From a virus (lineage: Duplodnaviria; Caudoviricetes): a stretch of 64,000 bases of DNA. The stretch lies in IMG/VR virus record IMGVR_UViG_3300017821_000056, positions 1 through 64,000 of that record, one strand, 5' to 3'. Position 1 is the first letter of the stretch, and every line of letters starts with the position of its first letter. Position numbers and translations under genes: made by a program. Below, piece by piece: positions 9,172 to 17,578 of the stretch. The notes under the pieces were generated by a model. The model worked only from the letters and a program-made list of their open reading frames with translations, was not told the origin of the DNA and did no database searches.

Positions 9172-9702
9172 ATGCTTGCGTCATCCCTGTACGAAGGCGT
9201 AGCCGCCCGTGACGTAGCCACCGTGCTCGCCGCCTGGCTCAACGCCACACCGAAACCCCTCACGGACATCATCGGGGACATCACCGGGACCCCCGTCCGC
9301 ATCGAGGTCCTCGCCCGCGGGGAACGCGCCCTCACCTCCCGCGAGCAGTTCCGGCTCGGCGCCGAAGGACTGGTCGCCTGCCGGTGGCGCACAGGCCTCC
9401 TCATCGCCGCCGATGAGGTCGCCGCATCCACGTCGCTGCTGTGGCTCCCCGCCCGGCTGCCCGTCGAGGCCTGCCTTGCCCTGGACGCCGCCCAGGAGCC
9501 CGCAGGACGGGTCCTGGCCCCGTACGGGCTCAGGCGCACCGACCGGCAGGCAATGGCGACTACCGGGATGGAGGGAGTCGTCGGCAAGGACGTGGCAGTC
9601 AAGTCCTCAGCCGTCCTCACCGTGGGCGGGGTAGCGGCAGGGATAGCCGAGGAGGCCATCAGCCGCGCGTTCGCTCGGATGCTCGCGGGCGGCCGGCCGT
9701 GA
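9172..9702 (+). CDS. chorismate-lyase (UbiC)/UTRA-fold protein
   Basis: LTDIIGDITGTPVRIEVL, WLPARLP...LDAAQEPAGRVL pattern; leaderless. Confidence 0.6.
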   Translation: MLASSLYEGVAARDVATVLAAWLNATPKPLTDIIGDITGTPVRIEVLARGERALTSREQFRLGAEGLVACRWRTGLLIAADEVAASTSLLWLPARLPVEACLALDAAQEPAGRVLAPYGLRRTDRQAMATTGMEGVVGKDVAVKSSAVLTVGGVAAGIAEEAISRAFARMLAGGRP

Positions 9703-9820
9703 TCCGCTGGTGGCAGTCAACTGACGCCTGGATGCCGGGCGAGGATGATCGCAGCGAAGACGAAGGGCGCGACGACGGGGACGGGCGGGACGACGGGTGC
9801 GAGGCTTAACGCCGAAGCGG

Positions 9821-10225
9821 TCACGCCTCGCCGCGCTTCGCGGCAATGTGCTCATGCTTGGACTTGAGTGCTACCGCGCGGTCTGGATGGCAGTCGATGA
9901 CGAGACCTCCGCACGTCTCGCAGGTCACTTCCCAGACGTGGCGGACGGTCACCTCGTGCGGCGGCGGCGGAAGCGGCTTCAGCTCCGGGAGGTCTCCGGG
10001 CTGGATGAGCTGGGCCAGGTCCAGATTCACGGCAGCGGCCACAAGTGCAAGCCGGGAGATGCTCATATCCTGGCGGCCGGCCTCCAGGTTCGCGATCGAG
10101 GAGCGGGCCATCCCGACTCGCGCGGCGACATACTCCTGGCTCAGCCCCTCGGCCTCGCGGGCAGCTTTGATCCTCGCGCCGACCTTCCGCTGGAGCTTGG
10201 TCGCGGCCATGCTGTCCGCGGTCAT
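9821..10225 (-). CDS. XRE-family HTH regulator
   Basis: VGARIKAAREAEGLSQEYVAARVGMARSSIANLEAG; C-terminal CETC. Confidence 0.9.
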   Translation of the reverse strand: MTADSMAATKLQRKVGARIKAAREAEGLSQEYVAARVGMARSSIANLEAGRQDMSISRLALVAAAVNLDLAQLIQPGDLPELKPLPPPPHEVTVRHVWEVTCETCGGLVIDCHPDRAVALKSKHEHIAAKRGEA

Positions 10226-10473
10226 GCTGTCCGCCTTCCGTCCAGGTGCAGGATGTGCGCTAGCGCGTAGTGGCCGCGATACCCGCGCTCAGTCCAGAAC
10301 TTCCGGCCGCAGCCGCAGCACTTGCGCAGGCCGTAGAACGGCAGCGGGATAGCGGGCACCCACTCGCCCCGCTCGTTCTGAGTGGTGGTGTCGTCAGTCT
10401 CGGTCATGGTCTCCATCCTCTCCCGGTCAGGCTGCGGGGTTGGTGCCAGTGCCGGTGCCGATCTGGTACTCAC
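10222..10473 (-). CDS. C2H2-like zinc-finger protein
   Basis: CGCGRKFWTERGYRGHYALAH. Confidence 0.55.
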   Translation of the reverse strand: MSTRSAPALAPTPQPDRERMETMTETDDTTTQNERGEWVPAIPLPFYGLRKCCGCGRKFWTERGYRGHYALAHILHLDGRRTA

Positions 10474-11090
10474 GCGCGCCGAAGCTTCCTGGCTTGCTTG
10501 GCGTACTCGGCATCCGCCCGCGCCTTGATCGGGCCGAAATGGGCAGCCAACCGGTCATACTCGGTCTTCGCTGCGATGATCGCTTCCCCAAGCTTGATCA
10601 ACTCTTCTCCCGTGTGATCCTGCTTGCGGCGGTTACAGTCGTGGCAGATCACCATGACATTCCCCGGGATATAGCCGAGAGCCGCGTCGTAACAGTCAAT
10701 CGAGGGCGAGTTCTTGCTCTGCACGCCGTTCCCGCGCTCCATCGGCACGCCGCAGCAGGGGCACAAGCACGGTACGACGACATCCACTGTGGTAATGGTG
10801 CAGGGGATGCCCTTCAGCTTGGCCCGGTCTCTGGCGTGTTTCACTAGATCCAACTCGGGGCGCATGACCGATGCGGCTTTGGCTAGCGCAGTCTTCCGCG
10901 CCCGCCGTTCCGCGCTTAGGCTGGCGTAGTACTTGCGCCTGTGCGCCTGAACGCGATTGGGGTTAGCGGCCGTCCAGCCTGCTTGATAGAGCCGGTTCCG
11001 TTCCTGCCAGCACTCAGGGTTTCTCCGGCAGATGCCGACCTTGTTGTCAGACCGTATCGAGCCACCGCAGATCCTGCATGCTCGCGTCAT
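10470..11090 (-). CDS. His-Me finger (HNH/EndoVII-like) endonuclease
   Basis: ARDRAKLKGIPCTIT, CPCCG, SIDCYDAALGYIPGNVMVICHDCNRRK. Confidence 0.75.
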   Translation of the reverse strand: MTRACRICGGSIRSDNKVGICRRNPECWQERNRLYQAGWTAANPNRVQAHRRKYYASLSAERRARKTALAKAASVMRPELDLVKHARDRAKLKGIPCTITTVDVVVPCLCPCCGVPMERGNGVQSKNSPSIDCYDAALGYIPGNVMVICHDCNRRKQDHTGEELIKLGEAIIAAKTEYDRLAAHFGPIKARADAEYAKQARKLRRA

Positions 11091-11830
11091 CCCGCTTCCT
11101 CCGGTTCCCGGTTCCACCGCTCTACGGCCTCCGTGTCCACATGCTCATCGACCAGGGTCAGCGACCACGCCCCGGTGTTGACTTCCTCTGGTTCCTTGCC
11201 GAAGCCGACCCACGCCCCGGTGAACCGCCGCTCATCCTCGGTGCCGAGCAGCTGGATAGCCCCGGTGTAGACCGCGCCGCGGTAGTAGCCGTCCGCGCGG
11301 GTCTGCTCTGCCCATGTCCCGGTGGCGACCTTGCCGTTGACGCTGAGGTCCATCGACAACTGCGAGGCCGAGGCGGGCAGCGACCGGACCAGCAGCCGCG
11401 CGCCGCGCTGGAGGAGCATCACGTAGTGGGCGCTGGTGAACACCTGGTCCCGGCCGCTCGACCGATACTCGTACTCGGATCGCCAGATGCCGCTGAGGTC
11501 CCCGTAGCTCCCGGCGGGTTCGGGCAGCGGCATGTCAGAGTCGAGCCCGGATTCCGCGAGCGCGCGGGCCCGGTCCATGCCGTGGCGGAGGTCCGCGTCG
11601 AAGCCGAGGTTTTCCACCGGCTGACCGAGGACGGCTTCGAGGGCGAGAAGATAGCGGGCGTGCGGCCGGCGCGTCTCCCCGGACTCCCACCGCTGGACCA
11701 TGCGGACGCTGCACCCGGCGGTGTTGCCGAGGTTGCCGAACCTGAACCCGGCTTCGCGGATCAGGCTGGCGAGCTGGTCCTGGCTCAGGTGGGCCCGTTC
11801 CCGCGCCGCGCGCAGTGCGACGTTGGCCAT
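11087..11830 (-). CDS. XRE-HTH regulator with C-terminal beta-barrel domain
   Basis: LRAARERAHLSQDQLA...VQRWESG; DLSGIWRSEY...FTGAWVGF. Confidence 0.8.
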   Translation of the reverse strand: MANVALRAARERAHLSQDQLASLIREAGFRFGNLGNTAGCSVRMVQRWESGETRRPHARYLLALEAVLGQPVENLGFDADLRHGMDRARALAESGLDSDMPLPEPAGSYGDLSGIWRSEYEYRSSGRDQVFTSAHYVMLLQRGARLLVRSLPASASQLSMDLSVNGKVATGTWAEQTRADGYYRGAVYTGAIQLLGTEDERRFTGAWVGFGKEPEEVNTGAWSLTLVDEHVDTEAVERWNREPEEAG

Positions 11831-11902
11831 GACGCAACCGTAGCACTTTTTGACGTGCTAATGACGCTGACAGGGCAGTCGGCCTGCGCTTACGCTGCGG
11901 TC

Positions 11903-12061
11903 ATGTCCCCGCGAGAGTGCCAGCAGCTAGCCGAGATGATCCGGGACCTGACGGCCCGGCTGGATCACTTCGAGCAGCGCAAGGCGGCGCTCATTGCCCG
12001 CGGCCTTCCTGCTCCGCGATCCACGCCTCGGCCGCAGCCATCCGCTCATCCAGCAGCCTGA
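11903..12061 (+). CDS. small hypothetical protein
   Basis: TACGCT 6 nt upstream of ATG. Confidence 0.4.
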   Translation: MSPRECQQLAEMIRDLTARLDHFEQRKAALIARGLPAPRSTPRPQPSAHPAA

Positions 12062-12356
12062 TCTGGTCGGCCAGGTAGCGGTATTCCTGGGTCGGCTCAG
12101 GCTCGCCCGGCTTACGGGCGAACGTCCCCCTGCCCTGCTCGGTCACCAGCCGGCCCTCGTTGCGCAGCACGCGCAGCGCGGCGTTCATGGTCCCCAGCGC
12201 CACGTGATACTCGGCCATCAGATCGGAGACGGACGGCAGCCGCGAGTCCGGCGGGAACTCCCCTGACTCCATGCGGGCGCGCAGGTGACCGGCTATCTGC
12301 CGGTACTTCGGAGGTTCCTCGCGCGCCACAGGCACAGCGTAGAGGCTGGAAGTCAT
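11991..12356 (-). CDS. GntR-family regulator (TraR/KorSA-like position)
   Basis: KYRQIAGHLRARMESGEFPPDSRLPS...EQGRGTF; divergent from the transfer operon. Confidence 0.85.
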   Translation of the reverse strand: MTSSLYAVPVAREEPPKYRQIAGHLRARMESGEFPPDSRLPSVSDLMAEYHVALGTMNAALRVLRNEGRLVTEQGRGTFARKPGEPEPTQEYRYLADQIRLLDERMAAAEAWIAEQEGRGQ

Positions 12357-12454
12357 CTAGGTAACCCCTGGTCATCTATGCCTTGACTCTAGCACTTGAC
12401 TTGTGATTGAGTGAAACAGGCAAAGCGCTTAGACCGCGCAGAGGACGGAGACCT

Positions 12455-12658
12455 TTGGACGCCAACCCCGGCAAGGACCAGGACAGGCTGATCGAGCCCC
12501 GTGAGGCGGCCAGGCTGTTCGGCGTGTCGGCCGACACCCTGCGCCGCTGGCATAAGGCCGGCCTGATCACTGCCCGCAGGACGATGGGCAGGCAGCGCCG
12601 CTACTGGGAAAGCGAAGTCCGGGCCCGTGCCGCTGAGCTAGACGAGGCGGTGGCCTAG
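12455..12658 (+). CDS. BldC-like/excisionase MerR-type HTH protein
   Basis: LIEPREAARLFGVSADTLRRWHKAGLITARRTMGRQRRYWESEVRA. Confidence 0.8.
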   Translation: MDANPGKDQDRLIEPREAARLFGVSADTLRRWHKAGLITARRTMGRQRRYWESEVRARAAELDEAVA

Positions 12659-12755
12659 ATGCCCCGCACCCCCGTAAACGAAAGCCGTCCGGGCGCTTGG
12701 AACACCCGGACGACTGAAGGCTGCCCCACCCGTGGACTACAAGAAGGACAAACCA

Positions 12756-12965
12756 ATGACCGCCAGCGTAACAGACCACCCCGTCAACACGTCGCCCGCC
12801 GCGCCGGACCTCCTCCCCGAGCTGGCCGCGATCCTGGTCATGCTCGGCGCCTACCCGCAGGACGCGCAGTGGTGGGGGCCGAGGCTCGGCTACCCCGTCT
12901 CCGCCCTGGAAGCCGCCCTGATCGCCGCAGGCAGGCTGGCGATGGCGCAGGCGAACCTGCCGTGA
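12756..12965 (+). CDS. hypothetical protein
   Basis: RBS AAGGA; coupled to next gene. Confidence 0.55.
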   Translation: MTASVTDHPVNTSPAAPDLLPELAAILVMLGAYPQDAQWWGPRLGYPVSALEAALIAAGRLAMAQANLP

Positions 12966-13255
12966 CCAGCATCCGCGCCCTAGCCGACGCCCTGGACGCG
13001 GCTGAGGCCGAATCAGCGGCGATGAGGATGGAGGCCGACGCCCCCGCCCTCACGGCCCTGTACGACGCGCTCCGGTTCGCCAAGGACGCGCTCGGCGCGG
13101 CCCTGAGCCTGGACCGGGGCTGCCCTTCCTCGCTGCTGCTGGACGCCTCCGTAGCGGCCGGTGAGGCTTTCCCCCTCGGCACCCCGCAGTCGGAGTCCCT
13201 TGGCTGCATCCTCAGCGTCATCGCCGACGTGACCGAGGCGAGGCGAGCCGCATGA
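12962..13255 (+). CDS. hypothetical protein
   Basis: GTGA coupling. Confidence 0.55.
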   Translation: MTSIRALADALDAAEAESAAMRMEADAPALTALYDALRFAKDALGAALSLDRGCPSSLLLDASVAAGEAFPLGTPQSESLGCILSVIADVTEARRAA

Positions 13256-13482
13256 CCCGGCATCCCCTGATCACGGTGACCGCCGTCGCCGTCGCGAGCA
13301 CCGCTGCCGTCATCCTGGCATTCGTCCTGGTGATCGTGCCGCTGACACACGCCGCAGCCCGCGTCCCGGGCCAGGTCGCCCGCGGCTACTCCGCCTACTT
13401 CAACGGGGTCGGCCAGCAGTTCTACCAGGCCTGCGAGCAGACCCGCGGCCCGGACTGCGGGCAGTACCGGGGCACGCCATGA
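13252..13482 (+). CDS. small membrane/secreted protein
   Basis: N-terminal hydrophobic helix; ATGA coupling. Confidence 0.6.
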   Translation: MTRHPLITVTAVAVASTAAVILAFVLVIVPLTHAAARVPGQVARGYSAYFNGVGQQFYQACEQTRGPDCGQYRGTP

Positions 13483-13769
13483 TCACCTGCTCCCCGCCCG
13501 CCTGCGCCGTCATGGGCCAGCAGTTCCGGCACGCCGCCGCATCCGGGTGGACACCGGGCCACATCGCCGCCGTGGTGCTCGCCGCGTTCCTCGCCGCGGT
13601 CGCCGCGGGCACCGTCCTGGTCCTGATCCGGGACGCCCGGCGGCAGGCCCGTGCAGCGGCGGCGCAGGCGGTAAGCATCTACATGGACAGGAGGGCAGCC
13701 TTATGCAAGGCACCTGGAAGACGACCGGCGGCGGAGCTGACTTTTCCGGCCTGTTTCAGCTTGCGGTGA
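13479..13769 (+). CDS. small membrane protein
   Basis: One TM helix; ATGA coupling. Confidence 0.55.
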   Translation: MITCSPPACAVMGQQFRHAAASGWTPGHIAAVVLAAFLAAVAAGTVLVLIRDARRQARAAAAQAVSIYMDRRAALCKAPGRRPAAELTFPACFSLR

Positions 13770-14149
13770 TCGTCGGCCTGGCGGCCGGCATCGCGATCAT
13801 CATCGCGGAGTTCGCGTGGCTGGTCATCACCGTGGGCGTGGTCGCCGTGGCCGTCCGGCTGTACCTCCTGTACCGCAGGACCGTCATCCTGGCCGCGATC
13901 GCCGCCAAGGGCGTTGCGATGCGCGCCGAGCAGCAGGCCCAGGCCGCTGCCGCCCTGGCCGGCCGCCGCGCGCACGAGATCGAGGTCGCCCGCGCGGGGG
14001 CCACGATCATCCAGAACATCATCGACCCGGCATCTATCACCGCCGCTATCGCTGCCGCTGTCGCAGGGGCACAGCAGCAGCCCTGGGCACCGCAGCCTGT
14101 CCCCCTCCGCATGATCCCCGGCACTGCTGAGGAGGTCCGACGTGGCTGA
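13703..14149 (+). CDS. two-TM membrane protein
   Basis: RBS GGAGG; two hydrophobic helices. Confidence 0.65.
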   Translation: MQGTWKTTGGGADFSGLFQLAVIVGLAAGIAIIIAEFAWLVITVGVVAVAVRLYLLYRRTVILAAIAAKGVAMRAEQQAQAAAALAGRRAHEIEVARAGATIIQNIIDPASITAAIAAAVAGAQQQPWAPQPVPLRMIPGTAEEVRRG

Positions 14150-14450
14150 TGCCCAGCAGAAATGGCCCGGGTACCGGCAGGACCGCGAGGACGAGCGCAG
14201 GCAGCAGGAGCGGCAGCGCGAGGAGCGGATAAAGGCCGACAACCTGTCCGCCCGCATCCGCGCGACCTTCCAGGGTGACCGGATCGACCCGGCGACCGGG
14301 CGCACCTTCGGGAACGCGCGGGACAGGGGCATGTACGACGACGACCGCCGCCTCCGGGACTTCCGCGACATGAACGACCGGAACCGGCAGGACCGGGAGC
14401 GGTACCGGTGGGCGCAGGCCCGCATGCAGGGCCGGGCAGGGAGAAACTGA
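14142..14450 (+). CDS. charged hypothetical protein
   Basis: RBS GAGGAGG; coupled on both sides. Confidence 0.6.
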   Translation: MADAQQKWPGYRQDREDERRQQERQREERIKADNLSARIRATFQGDRIDPATGRTFGNARDRGMYDDDRRLRDFRDMNDRNRQDRERYRWAQARMQGRAGRN

Positions 14451-16237
14451 TGAGCGCGACCACGGCCAAGGCTAAGGACAACCCCCGCAAGAGCGCATGG
14501 CGAGGTATCGGGACTGCTGCCGCTGTCGCCGTGCTGCTGCTGGCGGTAGCCCTGCACCAGGTCCTAATCATCATCCTCGCCGCTATCGCCGCCCTGGCCG
14601 TCGGCGGGCTGGTCCTGCGGGCACGGTGGGCCCGGTACCGTTCCGGCGGCCGGCTCGCCGCATGGAAGCGCCGCCGCTACCAGGGCACCGCGACAGGGCG
14701 GGAGATCCGGGCGAAGCTGTCTCCCCGCGCGGCCCGCAAGCGCACCGCGGTCACATGCCCAGGCCTGCACCCGTCCGAGGCCCACGTCGTCATCGGCCGC
14801 GCCAGGGGTGCCCTCGGCCATCGCCGAGGCCCTGTGATCGCGGACACCTGGGCTGGCTCCCGCCTCGTCTACGCCCCGCCGCAGACTTTGAAGACGGCGC
14901 TAACGTCCTGCTGGGCCGCTGACGCGCCCGGCGCGGCCCTGCTGTTCTCCAGCCGCTGCGACCAGTGGGATCACACCTACCTTGCCCGCGCGGCGCGCGG
15001 CCGGGTCCGGGTCCTCAACGCCGACGGGGAAGGCGGCATCCCGACCGGCTTCGCCTGGTCCCCGGTGGACGGCTGCCAGGACCGGGCCACGGCGATGCGC
15101 AGGGCGGGGGACCTGATGGACGCCGCCCCGCACGACCCGTCCGGCCATGATGCCCACTGGGACGGCCTGTCCAAGCGGATGCTCCAGTTCTTCCTGAAGG
15201 CCGCCGCGCTCCTGCCCGCCGGGAACATCCTCACCGTCCAGAAGTGGGCGTCGAACCCGCTGACGGCCGGGAAAGCCGCCGAAGTCCTCCAGCGGCATGA
15301 CCCGGACTGGGGTGAGGCGCTGGTCGCCATGGTCTCCCAGTCCCTGAACGACGGGCGGTACTGGTCGGCGATCTCCGGCGGGGTCAGCCAGGCTCTCGCC
15401 TGGCTCGACGACGACCTCATGGCCGCTGCTGCCTGCCCCCCGCCCGGACAGGGCATTAACCTGCGGGAGTTCATCGAGGCCGGCACCGGCACCATCTACA
15501 TCATCGGCGCCGACCGGGAGCACGGCTCCCTGGCCCCCTACTTCGCCGCATTCGGCGCCGAGGCGTTCCACGTGGCCCGCTCCGTGGCCGAAGCCCAGCC
15601 GGGCCGCCGGCTGGCCCGCCCGTTCGTCATCGTCGCCGACGAGGCCGCGACGATCGTCCCGCTGCCCTGGCACAAGATCACCGCCGTGTCCTCCGGGTAC
15701 AACATCGGGATCACCGCCTGCGTCCAGGCTGACTCGCAGATCACCGCCCGCTGGGGCGAGCACGACGCGAACACGATCCGGACGAACTTCACCGTCAAGA
15801 TCATCGGCCCCGGTTTCACGAATCACGCCGAGCTGGAGGCCCTGTCGGCGATCTGCGGAGAAGTCGACACGTGGCATGACGGCCCGGCGGACCTGCGGAA
15901 GGAGCGGCTGTTCCCGCCGGAGCGCATCCGGCTGCTCCCCGACTGGCATGCCCTGGTCCTGCACCGCAACGCCCGCCCGGTCACGGTGAAGGTCAGGCCC
16001 GTGTGGAAGCGCCGCGGCTACCTGCGCGCGGAGCCGGGAGACTATGCCGCCCGCCTGCCCGTCCCGCGGCTGGCGCTCGAGGCCCCCCGCCGTGAGGCCA
16101 TCCCCATGCCGGGCGGTCCCGCGTTCATCCCCGGCCACCTGCTGCAGCGCCCGGCTGTCCCGGGCCGTGAGCCTGTCCCCGCCCTGACCGAAGCCCCCGA
16201 GGAGGCTCTGTGGCCCGTTCCCTCCGCGACCGCCTGA
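14450..16237 (+). CDS. VirD4/TraD/TraG-like type IV coupling protein
   Basis: N-terminal TMs; atypical Walker A APPQTLKT; WSPVDGC; Walker B IVADEAATIVPLP; QADSQITARWG. Confidence 0.85.
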   Translation: MSATTAKAKDNPRKSAWRGIGTAAAVAVLLLAVALHQVLIIILAAIAALAVGGLVLRARWARYRSGGRLAAWKRRRYQGTATGREIRAKLSPRAARKRTAVTCPGLHPSEAHVVIGRARGALGHRRGPVIADTWAGSRLVYAPPQTLKTALTSCWAADAPGAALLFSSRCDQWDHTYLARAARGRVRVLNADGEGGIPTGFAWSPVDGCQDRATAMRRAGDLMDAAPHDPSGHDAHWDGLSKRMLQFFLKAAALLPAGNILTVQKWASNPLTAGKAAEVLQRHDPDWGEALVAMVSQSLNDGRYWSAISGGVSQALAWLDDDLMAAAACPPPGQGINLREFIEAGTGTIYIIGADREHGSLAPYFAAFGAEAFHVARSVAEAQPGRRLARPFVIVADEAATIVPLPWHKITAVSSGYNIGITACVQADSQITARWGEHDANTIRTNFTVKIIGPGFTNHAELEALSAICGEVDTWHDGPADLRKERLFPPERIRLLPDWHALVLHRNARPVTVKVRPVWKRRGYLRAEPGDYAARLPVPRLALEAPRREAIPMPGGPAFIPGHLLQRPAVPGREPVPALTEAPEEALWPVPSATA

Positions 16238-16797
16238 CCCGAGGGCACACCTGCTCCTGCAGCAGCCGTGACTGCAAAGGCTCCTACCGGACGCTCCGCG
16301 AGCTGCAGGCCCACCACATAAGGCAGCTCCCCAGGTGGACCGGCGACAAGGCCCGCAAGGCGGCCCGGCGGATGGGCAAGGACGTGGACCGGATGCGCCG
16401 GCACGCCCGCAGCTGGCTTGAGGCCGCCGGGCTGATCGACCACCGCGGCAACCGCACCGCGAAAGGCCGGGCCCGCCCCGAGGTCCGCGGCAATGCCCCC
16501 GTCCGGCAGCTGCGGGAGGCGCACCGCCACGACCGGGACGCTGACCGCACCGACCGCCGCGCGAGCAGGCATGAGCGCCGCGCGACCCGCGCCGACACCC
16601 GCGCCGACCGGGCCGCCCAGCGCGCCGACACCGCCAAGGCCCGCGGCCGGGACAGCGCAGCCGCCCGGCAGCAGGAACAGGCCACCCGGCACCGGGGCAG
16701 GGCCGCCGCCAGCCGGGAACGGGTCGCGGACACCCGGATGGCCCACCACCAGCGCTGGCCCGAGAGGACCCCCGAGAGGACAGGGAGAACCCGGTGA
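16210..16797 (+). CDS. Arg-rich protein with N-terminal zinc-finger-like motif
   Basis: CSSRDC...LQAHH; RBS GAGGAGG. Confidence 0.55.
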   Translation: MARSLRDRLTRGHTCSCSSRDCKGSYRTLRELQAHHIRQLPRWTGDKARKAARRMGKDVDRMRRHARSWLEAAGLIDHRGNRTAKGRARPEVRGNAPVRQLREAHRHDRDADRTDRRASRHERRATRADTRADRAAQRADTAKARGRDSAAARQQEQATRHRGRAAASRERVADTRMAHHQRWPERTPERTGRTR

Positions 16798-16887
16798 CCG
16801 CCGACCCGTGCCCCCACGTCCTGCCCTGCGGGGCGTGTACCGACTGCTGCGAGCGGGACCACGACCACGGGAAGGAGGCGAGCGCCG

Positions 16888-17460
16888 ATGACGGCAGCCG
16901 GGACCGGGTGCCCTGAGACCTGGGAACGGCACCCTATCTACCCGCACGAGGGCTCCAGCCTCGGCCGGGCACGCACCCTCGACGGGAAGATCCTCCGCCA
17001 GCGGCCGGGCAACCGGCCCCGCGACGTCCCTCCGGAGCAGCGGTACCGGCTGATGGACGTGTGGATACCCGGCGAGGACGGGGAGAAGGGCAGGAGAGTC
17101 ACCGTCTCCGTCCACGTGTTCATCACCGAATGCCACTGGGGGCTGAAGAAGTACCGCCGCCAGGTCGCGCGTCACCGCGTCAGCGCAGGCGGCGGCGCGG
17201 CCGATAACCGGTGGGAGAACCTGCTCGGATGGGGTTTCCCCGAGGACAACGAGGCCGACAAGCCGCCTGCGGTCCGGGCCGCTGCCGCCCGGGCGGCCAG
17301 GGCCGCGCAGCTTGCCGCCCTGCCCCGGCGCAAGAGGCGCCGGCGGTTGCGGAGGGTGACCTTGAAGGTGACCTTCCGCCTGCCGTGGCCCCAGCGGAAG
17401 CGTCGCGTAACCGCAGGCGGCAAGCCTGTTTCGAAACCTGTAACGAAGGGGCGCCTGTGA
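16888..17460 (+). CDS. hypothetical protein
   Basis: RBS AGGAGG. Confidence 0.5.
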   Translation: MTAAGTGCPETWERHPIYPHEGSSLGRARTLDGKILRQRPGNRPRDVPPEQRYRLMDVWIPGEDGEKGRRVTVSVHVFITECHWGLKKYRRQVARHRVSAGGGAADNRWENLLGWGFPEDNEADKPPAVRAAAARAARAAQLAALPRRKRRRRLRRVTLKVTFRLPWPQRKRRVTAGGKPVSKPVTKGRL

Positions 17461-17578
17461 CAGGGCTGGTTATAGCGCGAAAGTGCGGCTGCGGCTCGGA
17501 CCGTACCCCGGGCGGCTTTCGCACTGGTGTTCGGACGCTGGCGGCTACGCTGCGTGACATGGGAGCTGGTGACGGGCG

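Noticed and set aside
16520-16700. GCCGACACC/CGCGCCGAC repeats as a DNA element
   Set aside because: Explained by the Arg/Ala/Asp-rich coding repeat
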